Below are positions 1-13,109 of a stretch of 64,000 nt of DNA, piece after piece; position 1 is the first letter of the stretch, and each line of letters begins with the position of its first letter. The notes below the pieces were generated by a model, which made no database searches, was not told where the DNA came from, and worked only from the letters and a program-made list of their open reading frames with translations. Both the position numbers and the translations under genes were made by a program. Source of the DNA: Malacoraja senta (taxonomy: Eukaryota); NCBI GenBank assembly GCA_038087875.1, contig CM075990.1, positions 14,510,001-14,574,000 on the forward strand, written 5' to 3'.

Positions 1-892
1 TCTTAGCAGTATATTCAAGTTAGATTAAAAAACTAATTTGAAAAGATGAATGTATTCCCTTCCTGTTAGCCAGAATCAGATAGAGCCCGACTTGAAGCTG
101 CACAGACTTCTGATTATTGAATTTTTATGGGCTTGTAATTAATTGCAGATTCCCTGTTTTGTTCTATTTCTTTTTCTTTGACATTTTAATTTCAACAAAA
201 AGCAGCAGTCTCCATGCAGCCCTTCTCTGGAGATCCTAATGGCCTATAAAACAAAATGAGTTATAGATATGTGGTGGACTTCAATTGGTTAGTAAGAGTT
301 GAAACCTTGCTGATCATGCTGTATTAAATTTTTTTTGCTCATATTCCTACTTCTTGTCTATTAAATTGTAGCTACATCTAAAGAACGAAAATATATCAAA
401 CCTACACCGAGTGGTAATATATTATACTCGCTCCATATGACATTCTGAAAGATGCTGCACTTCCTATTAAATTCATCTCGCTGGCATTTAGGAAGTTGCC
501 CTTGGTTTTCTCTGTATGTGGATCATAGCACTTCAGTATTCCGTCCTAGACTGAGTGAAAAACAATGTAAATCACACTGACCCTCCACTTAAAGACACGC
601 TTTCTGTCATCATTTTGTTAACATGGTGCTAAATGCACTCTAATCAACTGCTTGGCCTTGACAAATACATTTCATTGCCAATGGTTCTTATAATGCTGGA
701 GCTGCATCCACCCTATTCGCTGCAGTTTTGTGATCCAAGGAAATAAAAAAAATATTTATATATTTTGTTAGACGCAATTTTAAAAGCAATGAAAATGAAA
801 AAGAACTGCGGGTTCTGGGAATGTAAAATAAAAAGAGAAAATGCTGCCAATACTCAGCGGGTCAGTCCACACCTGTGGGAAGAGAAATAGAA

Positions 893-1160
893 TTTTTAGT
901 TTTCAGTTTTAGTTTGCAGCGATCCCCTGCACACTTACACTATCCTATACACACCAGGGAAAATTTACAATTATACCAAGCCAATTAACCTACAAACCTG
1001 TACGTCTTTGGAGTGTGGAAGGAAACCGGAGCTCCAGGAGAAAATCCACACAGGTCACGGGAAAAACATACAAACTCCGTACAGACAGCACCAGTAGTCA
1101 GGATTGAATCAGAGTCTCTGGCGCTCAAAGGCAGCAACTCTACTGCTGCACCAACGTGCC
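893..1160 (-). mobile_element. tRNA-derived V-SINE (HE1-like)
   Basis: Minus strand reads tRNA-like head, V-domain core (ggagtttgtatgtt...ctccggtttcct), then (ctaaa)n-type tail. Flanked by a 7-bp TSD AATAGAA (886-892/1161-1167) and inserted in an older Penelope-derived repeat. Confidence 0.85.
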
Positions 1161-1409
1161 AATAGAAGTTAATGGTTAGGTCGAAGGTCCTTTGTCTTTT
1201 AATTTACTTCACTGCTTTATTCCCCTCCAGGAATGCCTAACCTGATGAAGCCCTACTCCACCCTTCGACAGGATAATCTGCTTGCCTCTCCAGCTTTATA
1301 TTTCACTAGTTCACTCCTCTTCTTTCCTTGTCACTTCCTTAGCCTTTGTCACTATCTCTACCCATCAGCCATTCATCCACCTCTCTCACCAGTATCCACC
1401 TATCACTTA

Positions 1410-1640
1410 AGATAGACCCATAAAGCTGGAGTACCTCAGTGGGACAAGCAGCATCTCTGGAGAGAATTGGGTGACGTTTCGGGTTGAGACCCTTCTTCAG
1501 ACAGTCCCACCCCCCCCAACCTCTTTTATACAGCTGTCTGCACCCAACTGCATCAATCTGAAGAAGGGTCCCGATCCATTCCATCCACAGATGCTGCCTG
1601 AGCTGCTAAACTCCTCCAAAACGTTTTTTTTGTGCTCAAG
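1410..1640. mobile_element. Penelope-like element (PLE) terminal repeat, inverted pair
   Basis: Minus copy 1417-1503 has an intact CTGAAGA-A-GGGT-CTCA-ACCC-GAAA-CGTC motif (1473-1500); a degraded plus copy starts at 1558. Confidence 0.75.
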
Positions 1641-1870
1641 AATGTGCCTTTCGCTCGTGCCTTTCTCATCTTCATTTTTGTTTTCCATGTTGTCTTTGAT
1701 AATGTGTTGTCCAAAACCCTACTTCCATGGCCACCTCCCTTTCCTCAGCTGCTGTCCCTGAATACCAGATCACCTTGTTTTTCAGCTTATTCCCACAAAC
1801 ACCTCCCTTTCACCCTTTCGGAGACCGTTCCCCCCTCTCCCTGTACCTTAACAAGATTCCACTCTCTCCT

Positions 1871-2105
1871 GTATAGGAAAGAACTGCAGATGCTGGTTTA
1901 AATCAAAGGTAGACACAAAATGCTGGAGTAACTCAGCGGGACAAGCAGCATCTCTGGAGAGAAGGAATGGGTGACGTTTCGGGTCAAGACCCTCCTTCCA
2001 GGTTCTGACGAAGGGCCTTTGTCCTGAAACATTAACTCCGTTTTCTCTTTCCACAGAAGCACCCCTCTCTCTACCCGCTGAGTATTTCCAGCTTTTTCTG
2101 GGTTT
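1871..2105. mobile_element. PLE terminal repeats, opposite orientations
   Basis: gaactgcagatgctgg...gtgacgtttcgggtc (minus sense), followed by plus-strand CTGACGA-AGGGC-CTTT-GTCCT-GAAA-CATT at 2005-2033. Confidence 0.75.
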
Positions 2106-5100
2106 ATTTAAATTTTGAATTAAATGCATTAGTTCTTGCTGAATTATGTATGAAGCTGATCTGTGACCACCCATCTGGGCAGATTTGAGGATTAAGGGGC
2201 GTGAGGATAGAGGGTGGTATCAGAAATGGGCAGATTATGAAAGCAGTGTTTGATAATCAAGGATGGCTTGATGTAACTGAGTAAATGTATCAGCAGATGC
2301 ATGTATACAGCAAATACATTCAAAGTAAATTAAGAAAAACATACCCCTGATATAAAATGTTTGCAGACATGCAATAATGCATTTAATAACAAAACACTGA
2401 ATTTACAATTTCAAAGTAATTGCTTTTCCATTCCTACTCACCCCTTTTCTACCATCTAATACAACAAGCAGCATCAAATTACCCTTCAAATGCAGGTGTT
2501 CTGAGATTAGAAGGATAACATTTGAATTCATATCTGATTAGTTTAGCTGTCTAAAACAGATTAATTTATTGTACATATATTTATAATTAGGTGCCCAGAA
2601 ATGATGAATATGAGGAACACATTTTCTATCTGAACACTGCTATTTTGATGGAACTTGAACATTACTTTGAGTTTCAATTTGGGGAAATATTTGCAAACTG
2701 AACATTATCCACTCCCTTCGAACAATTTATCCCACCTTATCCCCCAAAACACTAATTTCGGATTTGGATCTTCTGTATTTTGGTGGCTGGGATCTTAATT
2801 GGACCTGGTAGCTACATTTTGCTCAAAGGATTCAGTACTCAAAAGTTATCATTGCATATTTTTATCTGAAATGACTTCAAACTGAGGTAACAATCCAAAA
2901 TGTTAGCTTTATTCAAAATGAAAGTTTAACCTGAACAAATTAGACGAGTATTGTATTTATGAGGAATACATAGGTTTCTGTGCAAATCCCCAAGGTCTTT
3001 GTAGTTAGAAGAATCATAATTCACTCATACTGCTTAGTGGCAGAAACAATGCTCGCAATGAAAAATTGCTTTAAAGACAATCAGTAGAATAGAGCCCTGC
3101 TGATGACAGGTTCGTGAAGGTCTGAGATTATTGCTTTATTATTATTAAATGCCCTTCACTTCCTCTGGACCTATTCCAAGTGCTATATTTCAGAGAAGCC
3201 TTTTTTCTGACAAACAAAACAATGATTTATATCCAAGCAAACAAGACACCCATGACAAAGCTCCAAAATATTTTGTTTATGCATCCAATTTCTTCAACAA
3301 TTCACCAGAATTAATTCCAGAGAAACCCCTGAAAGGTCAAAACTTCACTTAAGGTAAAAATGTAGTGGGAGTCTGTTCACGATACAACATAGATTTTAAC
3401 ATTTTGTCACTTTTTCAAAATAAAATATTAACCCTCAAGCTCAGTACAATTTATCCACCATGGAAGACAACATAATTGACAGTGAAGTTTAAAGCCATTA
3501 GAAATATACATCATGTCACTATCTGATATAACTTATTGATTTAAGATGTCATGATCAAAGTCATAATGAATTTGAAGTACTTTTTCTAACTCAATCACTT
3601 GTCACATTCCTTATCATTATCTTGAAATTTCAGTCACAGAAATGTGAATGTCTACAAGCTTATACATTTTCCTTTGGTCTTTGTAACTTATTTACCTTGT
3701 TACACAAGATGCGGGACCTACTGTTTGTAAGCTAACATGGATATCTGTTCATCATGCCATCTACTTTCCCGTTATTCCCAATTCACCATTTATTTTCCAT
3801 TTGTTCATTGTTACCTTGTTGCTTAACTGTACTGTTATGCTTATCACTCATTGTTTAAATTATTTAAAGGTTACTGGAACTTTAAATTCTAATTTCATCT
3901 TTTCCACGATAGTTTCAAGACATTCTTAAAACTTTCTAATAAATGTTATAATCGTAAAATTAGATGTTTTTTTTTTCTGTTGTAGTTTTTGCTGAATTAG
4001 TTGAATTTCCTTTACTGAGTTGCAAAGATTTTGAGATATAGTCAAAACATACGGCACAGTAAGATATATAGGATATTTTACTGTAAGATATATAGGATGC
4101 ACTGATACACATTTGGCTGCGAGATAGTTACAACTTACCAATTAGATAAATGCCGAGTTAGATATGGGAAGATTGTGTTATATAGAATTAGATGGTATGT
4201 TTGTGTGAATATTGAAATATCTCCAGATAACGAATCAATGTAACGTTTTTTTTTAATTTGGTAAGTGAACCACATGGTCTTATTCCATTTTTTAAAATTT
4301 ATTTACTTATTTTTTAACTTATTTTTTTCCACTATTTTTTAAATTTTTTATTTTGATTGTTGTTTTTCTTATTTTGTTTTATTTTTGTTATATTTATGGT
4401 GATGGTGTTGCACTGTTTTGTATATATCTCTGAAAAATCAATACAAATTTAAGTGAGAAAAAAACGAAAAAAACCCGTAACTTATTTACTTTTTGGAAGC
4501 ATGAATGTCTGAATAAAAACATTTAACCGAGGGGTCCAATGCTGAACAAAATAATGCAAATAGTTTCTCAATCTGCTGAGTAAATGGAATTTTATTTCCT
4601 TTTCCCTGGTTATTCCTTTAGGTAAAAAATCTTAACCCGATAGGTCTCTCAATCATTAAAATTTATGTAACATTTGAATCATTACTTTTCTCCCAAATCA
4701 TTCATTAAATTTTACAACATCGCATGCCCCAAAGAGAAAGGAAAAGTGCCCATGGCTGTAGGTGCAGATATCACCACCTCCAGTGATTGAAAGGCAATAG
4801 CGACATATTATAAATAACCAGTTAATTTATGTTGCTTTTGTGCAAACATTGATTTAGTGTGGGGGAAATGAGTTAAGGGGTAAACTACGTTTGTGTCTAA
4901 ATCATTAAACTTTAATGATTTTAAATTTTGCAGTTACTGTGACAATAAATTTGTCAGCAAGGAAAGCATTGCCTGCATACATCGTACGCAATTAGTGTAG
5001 CTTGTTGACCATATTTCCAATTCTCATTGACTTTTTACTGTAAGATATATAGGATGCAACGGTACTCATTCCAAACCTTCATTGCCTTATTTAAATTTGT

Positions 5101-5224
5101 TACAGCTTTATTGGATTACACTTTCGAGCATATTTTCCAGACTTAATTATTTGGTTGAATTGGATTATAATACAGAATATCTCATTTACATGAAGGCATA
5201 TGGGACTTTTGGATATGCGCATGG

Positions 5225-5343
5225 ATATGCAGGGAATGGAGGGTTATGGATTATGTACGGGCAGATACAAGTTGGTCTTGGCATTATGTTCAGCACAGAC
5301 ATTGTGGGCCCAAGGGCCTGTTCCTTACCGTTCTTTTCTGTAT
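5225..5343 (+). mobile_element. CR1/HER1 LINE 3' tail fragment
   Basis: atatgcagggaatggaggg...gtgggcccaagggcctgttcc, matching the CR1 tails elsewhere in the window. Confidence 0.6.
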
Positions 5344-5638
5344 TTTGCATTCCATGTTTAATTAAAGGGATACAATGTTTTCAATAAAATCCACACACGA
5401 GGAATCTTAAGCACCTATCACGATGGTATGATGAAATTTTTGATTATGTTATTGCTGCTCCCTGCAACTTCCAATTACACCATAAAATACTTAGTCTGGA
5501 TTTTATTTCCCCCAAACATTCCAAGAGATTTCACACTGGATATTATAGTGCAAAAATAATACCATTTAGATGATATGCAGCTTCGATGAACACAGCAAAC
5601 AATAGTGTGTCCCCATTGCCAAAGCCCAACTTATAGAG

Positions 5639-5734
5639 CCTGAAGAAGGGTTTCGGCCCAAAACGTTGCCTATTTCCTTCGCTCCATAGGTGCTGCTGCA
5701 CCCGCTGAGTTTCTCCAGCACTTTTGTCTACCCT
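5639..5734 (+). mobile_element. Short young PLE-derived insertion with TSD
   Basis: Starts at CTGAAGAAGGGTTTCGGCCC; flanked by 12-bp direct repeat CAACTTATAGAG (5627-5638/5735-5746). Confidence 0.85.
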
Positions 5735-5924
5735 CAACTTATAGAGTATAGTTTCCAAAAACAACTTTAAAGACTGGTGCATCTTGATCAATATGAACAC
5801 TGTTAAGAGCTATGGTATCACAATTAAATTACCAGATTACTAATTCAGAGGGCAATCCAAACTTTTCAAGTTCAAATCATGTCATAGAATGTTACAAACT
5901 TGGAGCAATAATAGCCTTAGTTTA

Positions 5925-6838
5925 AAAAAACACAACAAACTGCTGGTGGAACTCAATGGGTCAAGCAATATTTGTGAAGGCAGTGTGATGGTCAACATTT
6001 TGGGTAGAGACCCTGCATCAGGACTTGGAGTGTAGAGGGAAGGTAGCCAACATGTAGAGGTGGGATGGACAGTGTGGAAGGGTTGACAGGCGATAGGCAG
6101 AACCAGATGAGCAGGGTATGAAGGGCAGATGGACCCAATGGGGAACACCAGTGTTCGTCCGCAACAACATCTTGAGCTTCTGATTGCATGTCATTCCGAC
6201 TCTTTTGCCCATTCCCACATCTACCCTTGGCCTTGGCCTTCAACGCTGCCACAGCCCAATGCTTTGAAAATTAGTTTTCCAGTTTCAGGTAACTCACACT
6301 CCTGGTGTTCCTTTCCTACTCCCTACCTAACCACCTAGGTTCTCTTTCCCTTTGTTCACCTTTTCTATTCCTCAGCCCTAATTGCCATCATTATCTTTTC
6401 CCACCTGGTTCTATCTGTCCATCACCCATGTACCTATCCACCTGGGTTGCTTGTCCCTTGGCCTACCTTCCTATCCCCTTCCCTATTTGGTTCCATCAGC
6501 CCATCATCCCTCCCACTCATCACTTTCCAGCTTCTCAACCTTGCCCCACCTGGCTCCATCTGCCCATTTTGTTTCCTTCTCTGTTTCCACCTACCCACCC
6601 GTTTCTATCTCTAAACATCCCTCTCCCGCCTGGATCCATCTGCTTGTCATCCCCCACCACATCCCGTTACAGCTATCACCAACCAACCCCATCTCCCCTC
6701 TTCATTCTCAGTGCTCATGCATAGTCTCAACTCGAAATGTTGACCATCCCATTGCCTCCCATTGACCATCCACACATGCACCTTGACTTGCTGAGTTCCT
6801 CCAACAGTTTCTTGCTTCAGATTCCAGCATCTGCAGTC
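5925..6838 (+). mobile_element. Old PLE remnant: inverted terminal copy, endonuclease C-terminal relic, pyrimidine-rich 3' region
   Basis: HLELLIACHSDSFAHSH (about 6168-6220) resembles the PLE PVAxHFN...SHS motif; C/T-rich tract 6290-6710; degraded terminal repeat 6710-6838 with an inverted copy at 5925-6140. Confidence 0.6.
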
Positions 6839-7023
6839 TATTGACTGTCCAGCGGCCTTAGTAATGCTAACCACAATATCAACAAGGGTTGTTGTCGGAT
6901 TCCATCTGCCGGATTCATGTCTTTCAGGGGAGAATTCTGCTACCTTCACTTGTCTCGACTATATGCGACTCCATATCCACCTCATGGAGTTTCACATGAC
7001 CCAGCGATCCAACAGTTGTATTT

Positions 7024-7142
7024 GTCTGAAGAAGGGACTCCCATTCCTTCTCTCCAGAGATGCTGCCTATCCCGCTGAGTTACTCCAGCATTTTGTGTCT
7101 GTCTTTGAATGTAAACCAGCATCTGCAGTTCCTTCCTACACA
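7024..7142 (+). mobile_element. PLE terminal repeat (internally deleted)
   Basis: ctgaagaaggg...agatgctgcc...ccagcatctgcagttccttcctacac. Confidence 0.75.
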
Positions 7143-7551
7143 GTTGTATTTGGCTCATGACCATCTACTCAACTGGCAATAAACTGGAATATAGTGAGGG
7201 CCAAAATCCCCACAATATAACAAATAAATAAAACCCAGGGCCAAGAGTTTAAAAAATAACCTAAGTTATATATATTACTCATAAAAAGTCAGTGGTATAT
7301 AATACTAAAACATTAGAGTCGATGTTTTTATAATAAGTCTTGTTATTCCCTGAGGATTAGTTTGTCATCAGTGATCATTCATTTGCAACTTTAATGCCAG
7401 TACTTCATGGGCTTTTAATAGATTTCAAATATTTTGTGTGCAGTGGCAGAGGCCTTAAACTGGAGTCCTTCCCCAAGGAGCCCTTGTTGTGGCCTCTGCA
7501 TCAGAGTCTCCCTTAAAATGTAGTCCTGAAGGCCCAGCATTTCATTGCATT

Positions 7552-7868
7552 TGGCAGCACAGTGGCATAGCTGGTAGAGTTGCTGCCTCACAGCGCCAGA
7601 GACCAAGGGTCAATCCTGACCTCAAATGGTGCCTGTGTGGAGTTTGCATGTTCACACTGTGACCGCTTGGGTTTCTTCCAGAGCTCCAATTTCTTCCCAC
7701 ATCTCAAAGACCTGGGAGTTTGTAGGTTAATTGGTCTCTATAAATTGCCCAGAGTGTGTAGCTGTGTGGATGGGAAAGTGGGATTACATGGAACTAGTGT
7801 GAACAGGTGATGCGGACTCGGTGGATTGGTGGGCCTGTTTCCATGCTGTATCAATGAACTCAACTAAA
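7552..7868 (+). mobile_element. V-SINE (HE1-like)
   Basis: tRNA-like head ggcagcacagtggcatagctggtagag, V-domain core, CR1-type tail. Confidence 0.85.
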
Positions 7869-7974
7869 GACTTACCCCTGGAGCACCAGCGAGATTCAGG
7901 TACAACAGAGTGCTTCTCGAACTCCATTTTCTAGTACCAGCTGATGTTTGTTTCAGACTCATGTTGAAATATGA

Positions 7975-8463
7975 TGTGGGAACAGCTTCATCCAAGACCC
8001 CAGGAAATTGCAGAATGTTGTTGACGTTGTCCAGACCATCACACAAACCATCCTCCTTTCCAATGACTCCATCTACACTTCATGCTGTCTTGGCAAGGCG
8101 ACCAACATAATCAAGGACCAGTCCCACCCTGGTCACTCCCCTTTCTCCCCTCCCCCATCAGGCAAGAGGTACAAAAGTTTGAAAACTCACACCTCCAGGT
8201 TTATAGACCTTCTTCCTAGCTGTCATCAGGCAACTGAACCATCCTCTCATCAGCCAGCGTGCATTCTGACCTCCCATCTACCCCTCATTGGAGACCTTTG
8301 AACTATCTGATTTTATCAGCCTTTAACTTGCACTAAATGCATCTGTGCACTGGATTATATGGCTGGATTGTCCAGTCATTTCATAGACTGGATTGCATGC
8401 AACAAATGCTTGTCACCGCACCTTGGTACATGTGACAATAATAAACGAAACAAAACTAAACTG
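7975..8463 (+). mobile_element. Rex1/Babar-clade LINE 3' fragment
   Basis: LQNVVDVVQTITQT...IIKDQSHPGHSPFSPPPSGKRYKSLKTHTSRF is typical of the Rex1 C-terminus; 3' end gtacatgtgacaataataaa. Confidence 0.8.
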
Positions 8464-10013
8464 AATCTACGTGTTTATTCAGACAACACGTTGGTTTCAA
8501 CTGTATGATGAAGAAATTCAGGTGGAAAGTTTAAGAATCACATCCTTTTCCCACGAGCACTCGAATTTCAAATGAAAGTTAAATGGGGGTACTACATTTA
8601 TCTTTTTTATCTCTGTTTAACACTTTTCTTTAAGAAATGATAAATGATGGTATCATCAAAAGAGCTGCCTTGGAGGATTGATAACATAAAAGAGATGAAT
8701 GGGTATCAATTGCTGCATTCGCTCAATCTTTATTACATCGAGATTACAAGTGAAATTTTCTCAACAGGAAAACAGCAGATCCAACAACAGTTGCAACGAT
8801 ATAGAACCTGTAATCTTTGTGAAATTAGCATTTGGCAAATTTGAGCATCTTACCGTTTATACAGTCTGACCACCATCCATGCTGGTGCCTGGTTGGTGTT
8901 ATCAACAGTCAATTGATTATATGAAATATATGAAACTATTTAATTGTTCCTATATTCTCAACAGCTCACTAACATAAATCAAGTATCAAGGAACTGGGAA
9001 GTATGATTTCTAAGTACATTTCAGTTATATGAACCACAGGCAAGGAACTTTGAAAGGAATAGTTTACTAATTTTATATGGGTCAATGGTGGTGTTGCCAT
9101 TTTCAAGACATCATTCTCCAAGTACAGACTGCCTCTCAGTAATCAAGAGAGAAATTGTCATTATTTCATTACATCGATTCCACAGGTTTGAGTCCATATT
9201 ATTGGTTCCGTACAAATCGAGCCATGTTTTTTCAGTTCATAACTCGGTGACTGGAAAATTGACAATTCTCAACACAGCTCGGCTGATCTGATAATAAATA
9301 CATTTGCTGCTAATGAATAATGATGTTGAAGCTGTGATGTTATAAATTCAAAGCCCAATTCACCTCTCCACCCATATAATAAATGTAATGAAGTCTTTAA
9401 TTAAAGCAACACTTATTTAGCTAATAGCCAACTGAAGTGATGTGTCCACATGGGCTAATTGATGTTAATTACTCTGGATCTCAGAATTAAACTCCACAAC
9501 TGTGTCAGTTCTCTTTCTATCTCTTTTATGAGCTGCAGCAATTCAATATCGAATTTAGTGAGATATAAAGAACAAGCTATAAGTTTAAGAGCATAATTTA
9601 TGCTGGGAGAGATCAAGGAGATTGCCGATTTGAATGGAAACTGAACATCAAGACTAAATGAAGAAGTTAATATGAAATTATTTAAACAAGAAAAAGCACA
9701 TCATGTGAATGGTTGGTAATTATGGCTCATTTAAATTGCTTATAAATTATAGCACATGAAAGTAGAGGACTTTTGAAGAGGGGTTATGCATTGCCAAGTT
9801 TGGAGAATACCTATTATTGTAACACATCAAAACATGTTGTGTAATTGAGAGAAAGAGGGATTAGGCTTGTTTCTCAAGTAAATTGTTCATGCACCATGAT
9901 TTTACCATGGCAGTGAAGTAAGAAAAACTGTAATTACATTAAAACAATTTTATCCTGATCATTGGCTGTAAAGGCCTTGAGCACCTGAATCAGCCTTGCA
10001 AGCTCAAAGAAGG

Positions 10014-10200
10014 GCCTGAAGAAGGGGTTCGACCTGAAACATCACCCATTCCTTCTATGTGGGATGCAGGGTTGTGGATTGGGCTTGTAATTGAATAGAA
10101 GATAGACACAAAAAACTGGAGTAACTGAGCGGGACAGGCAGCATCTCTGGAGTGAAGGAATGGGTGACGTTTCAGGTTGAGACCCTTCTTCAGACTGGAA
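10014..10200. mobile_element. PLE terminal repeats, convergent pair
   Basis: Plus-strand motif at 10016-10043; minus-strand motif at 10166-10193. Confidence 0.75.
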
Positions 10201-10304
10201 TAGTCTGGTGAGAGTGGTCGCTGGTGATTGGTGCTGTGGGAATGGACTGTTCCTTCCAATTTTTCAAGAAGATTATGAATGACTCCCTTGAACCTTGAAG
10301 GTGT

Positions 10305-10812
10305 CTGGTAGAGAGATATTGACCTGTTGCCTCACAGCCTGGTTTGGCAACTCTGCCGTCCGGAATGAAGGAGATTACAAAATGTGGTGGACACTGCTTG
10401 GTCCATCACGGGTACTGACCTCCCCGCCATCAAAGGAATCTAGAAGCAGAGATGCCTCAAAAAGGTGGCCACCATCATCAAAGACCCACACCACCCTGGC
10501 CATGCTCTCAATTCACTCCTTCCATTGGGAAGAAGCTGTAGGAGTCTGCAAACCGTGATCTCCAGGTTCAAGAATAGCTTCTTCCCAGTAACCATCATGC
10601 TCCTGAACTCTACAAAGCACTAAACTATGATCTATCATTTGTTGCATTTAGGACTTTGGGCTTATTTTATATTAGAATTGGGGTTATTAATTTATTGAAT
10701 ATTTTTGTTTATTATATGTTATCGAAGGAGTTTCATATTTGCAGGCCTGTTATGGTACCTCAAGTAAGATTTTAATTGCAATGTTGGTACATGTGGCAAT
10801 ATAACACTCTTG
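10305..10812 (+). mobile_element. Rex1/Babar-clade LINE 3' fragment
   Basis: EILTCCLTAWFGNS, then (frameshifted) IIKDPHHPGHALNSLLPLGRS...SRFKNSFFP; tail gtacatgtggcaat. Confidence 0.8.
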
Positions 10813-11121
10813 ATACCTCAGCAGGGTGGTGGGGTGAGGGAGGGTCATTTGGGATTGGATCCTAGTATCTGATATGGGTGTTGACTGTAGATCAGGTTGG
10901 GAGCTGAGGGAAGAACAGTGGGCTTGTGTTGAAATGGGTTGGAGCAGAGGGAGATCCAAGCAGGCAAGTCATTTTAAGGGGGAACAATCAGAGTTGGGGT
11001 CACTCTGCTAGTCTTTGAGCTGTCCATGGTTGTCCTGGTGTAAGTTTCACAGAAGCAGTATTCACAAGTGGTGCAAGACCTTTGTCCTTGGGAGGATCCT
11101 GCGGGCCAGGCGGGCAGTAAT

Positions 11122-11500
11122 GTAAATCATAGTTACTTTCTTTCAAGCTGAGAAGGGCCCATTTATTCAAAGACTTTGTTTCCAGTGAGATAGGCAGTTT
11201 TTGATCCATTTCTCTGAGACCATGGGCTTTCAATTTATGCACCAACCTCTTATATGGTACTTCTCAAATGCCTTGATAAATGTAAGTACATCGCATCAAC
11301 TGGGTTCCCCTCCATCAATATTCACTATTAATTACATACATTTGTCAGATATGATATACACATAAAACCATGTTTACCAGGTTTCATGATATTTATCTTT
11401 ACAAAATGATTGGATATTTCTTCTTTATCATTGATCAGAACATCTTACAAATACCAGCTATTAAACCAACTGGTCTAGAATTCCCTGTTTTCTGCCAGTC
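11122..11500 (-). mobile_element. Degraded CR1 reverse-transcriptase fragment
   Basis: LVHKLKAHGL motif and upstream RPVGL/VDAMYL-like segments on the minus strand. Confidence 0.6.
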
Positions 11501-12811
11501 TCTTTTTGTTGTGAATAAGGAAGATGAGTTGGATTTATAGGAATGCATTCCCTCCTAACACAAGGGTATTTAAGCTGAGAATAGAAACCAATACTAGGTA
11601 TATCGCATTTCCTGTAAGATCTTGTGTTGATGGTCTGGGGAGTGGTTGGAAACGTATTCTATTCATTTTTCCAATATTGTTTCTTTACTCATTTCTTTGC
11701 TTCCTATAATTTCCTGAATGCTTTTTGTATCTTCTCCCATAAACATAGAACCAACATATTTGTTTAATAAGAGAGAAATGTATTCATGGTTGTGAAATTT
11801 ATTCAAGGAGTGAGCAATGTATTTGTGCGTTTTATTCCACTTTGATATTTGGCTCCCTAACACACTGAATTCAAAGCAGAAAATCTAAGGTAAATCACGA
11901 AATCATGCAGAACATGCAATCAAGCAAATATCTTGCCTCCACTTTTTATAATTTCTTCTGACTCTGCTTGTAAGGGACCTACATTTTCTTTAACTCATAG
12001 CTTCTCTTTCACAGATGAAAGAATATTTTTTTTACAATTTTTAAATTTGGTCTCATGTTGTAGTTACTTTCCTTCAAGACGTGGATAATGCCACAGATTT
12101 ATCTGTCTGATTCATGTGGGTAATCCATTGAGCATTAACTCAAACAGGTGAGGGGGAAATGAAATATGTTGCTATTTCCGTGCCATCTGAGATTGCTTCT
12201 GGAGATTAATGATGGAAATAATGTCGAAAATATAAATGTCATTTGGTTGGTTGTAATTTTATGCTGCATTTTCTCAGGTACAGTGCTGGGCAATGATTGC
12301 TACAAAAATGCCAATTGCTTTCTGAAGTTCAACATTGTCATTGGCCGCCAGATGAGGGATTCACACTGTCTTGAGCAATTCTTATCCCGCAAATCATAAA
12401 CATTTCAATATTTCCTTTGTAATTTAATTTTAGCAGAGTCCCCAACTTCACGGTGGTGTGGTCCCACCCACTACCCTACGAGGGCAGCACTGATAAAAGC
12501 CTGGCGCCCATCCTCAGAGTGGGATGGAGATTAGTGTCATGGTACACAGTGGAGGGGAGGGAGGTGTTTACGTTGCTGCAGATCTGTCATCACTGACAAA
12601 TAAAGGAAATTAATTGCCTAACCTAAATCTCTCAAAGAAAATTCAGTGGGAAGAAATCAACTCCTGGAATGTATGCTTCGTAAGTGTTTCACTGTACGAC
12701 ATGTTTCACTGTGCCATTTAGTATTCTGTCCCTCGTTTAATATTTCTAAATTATCTCATTTACAAGTATGATTCCGAGACCCAGCGTAGGTGAATCAACA
12801 GTCACAGGTGA

Positions 12812-13109
12812 GTTTCAAGGTGAGGGGAAAGATTTAGTAGGAACCTGAGGGGCAACTTTATCACACAGAGGGTAGTGGGTATATGGAATGAACTGCCAGG
12901 GTGGGTATGTAGAATGAGCTGCCAGAGGAGGTAGTTGAGGCTGGGGCTATCCCAATGTTTAAGAAACAGTTAGACAGGTACATGGATAGGACAGGTTTGG
13001 AGGGATACGGACCAAATGCGGGACAGGTAGTCTAGCTGGGACATGTTGGCCGGTGCGGGCAAGTTGGGCCGAAAGGCCTGTTTCCACACTGTATCACTCG
13101 ATGACTGTA
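12812..13109 (+). mobile_element. CR1/HER1 LINE 3' end
   Basis: tttcaaggtgagggg...tggaatgaactgccag...gggccgaaaggcctgtttcc. Confidence 0.8.

Noticed and set aside
7870..7960. Minus-strand mini-exon MEFEKHSVVPESRWCSR with GTAAGT donor
   Set aside because: Wedged between two TEs, peptide not recognised, and a single donor match is expected by chance.
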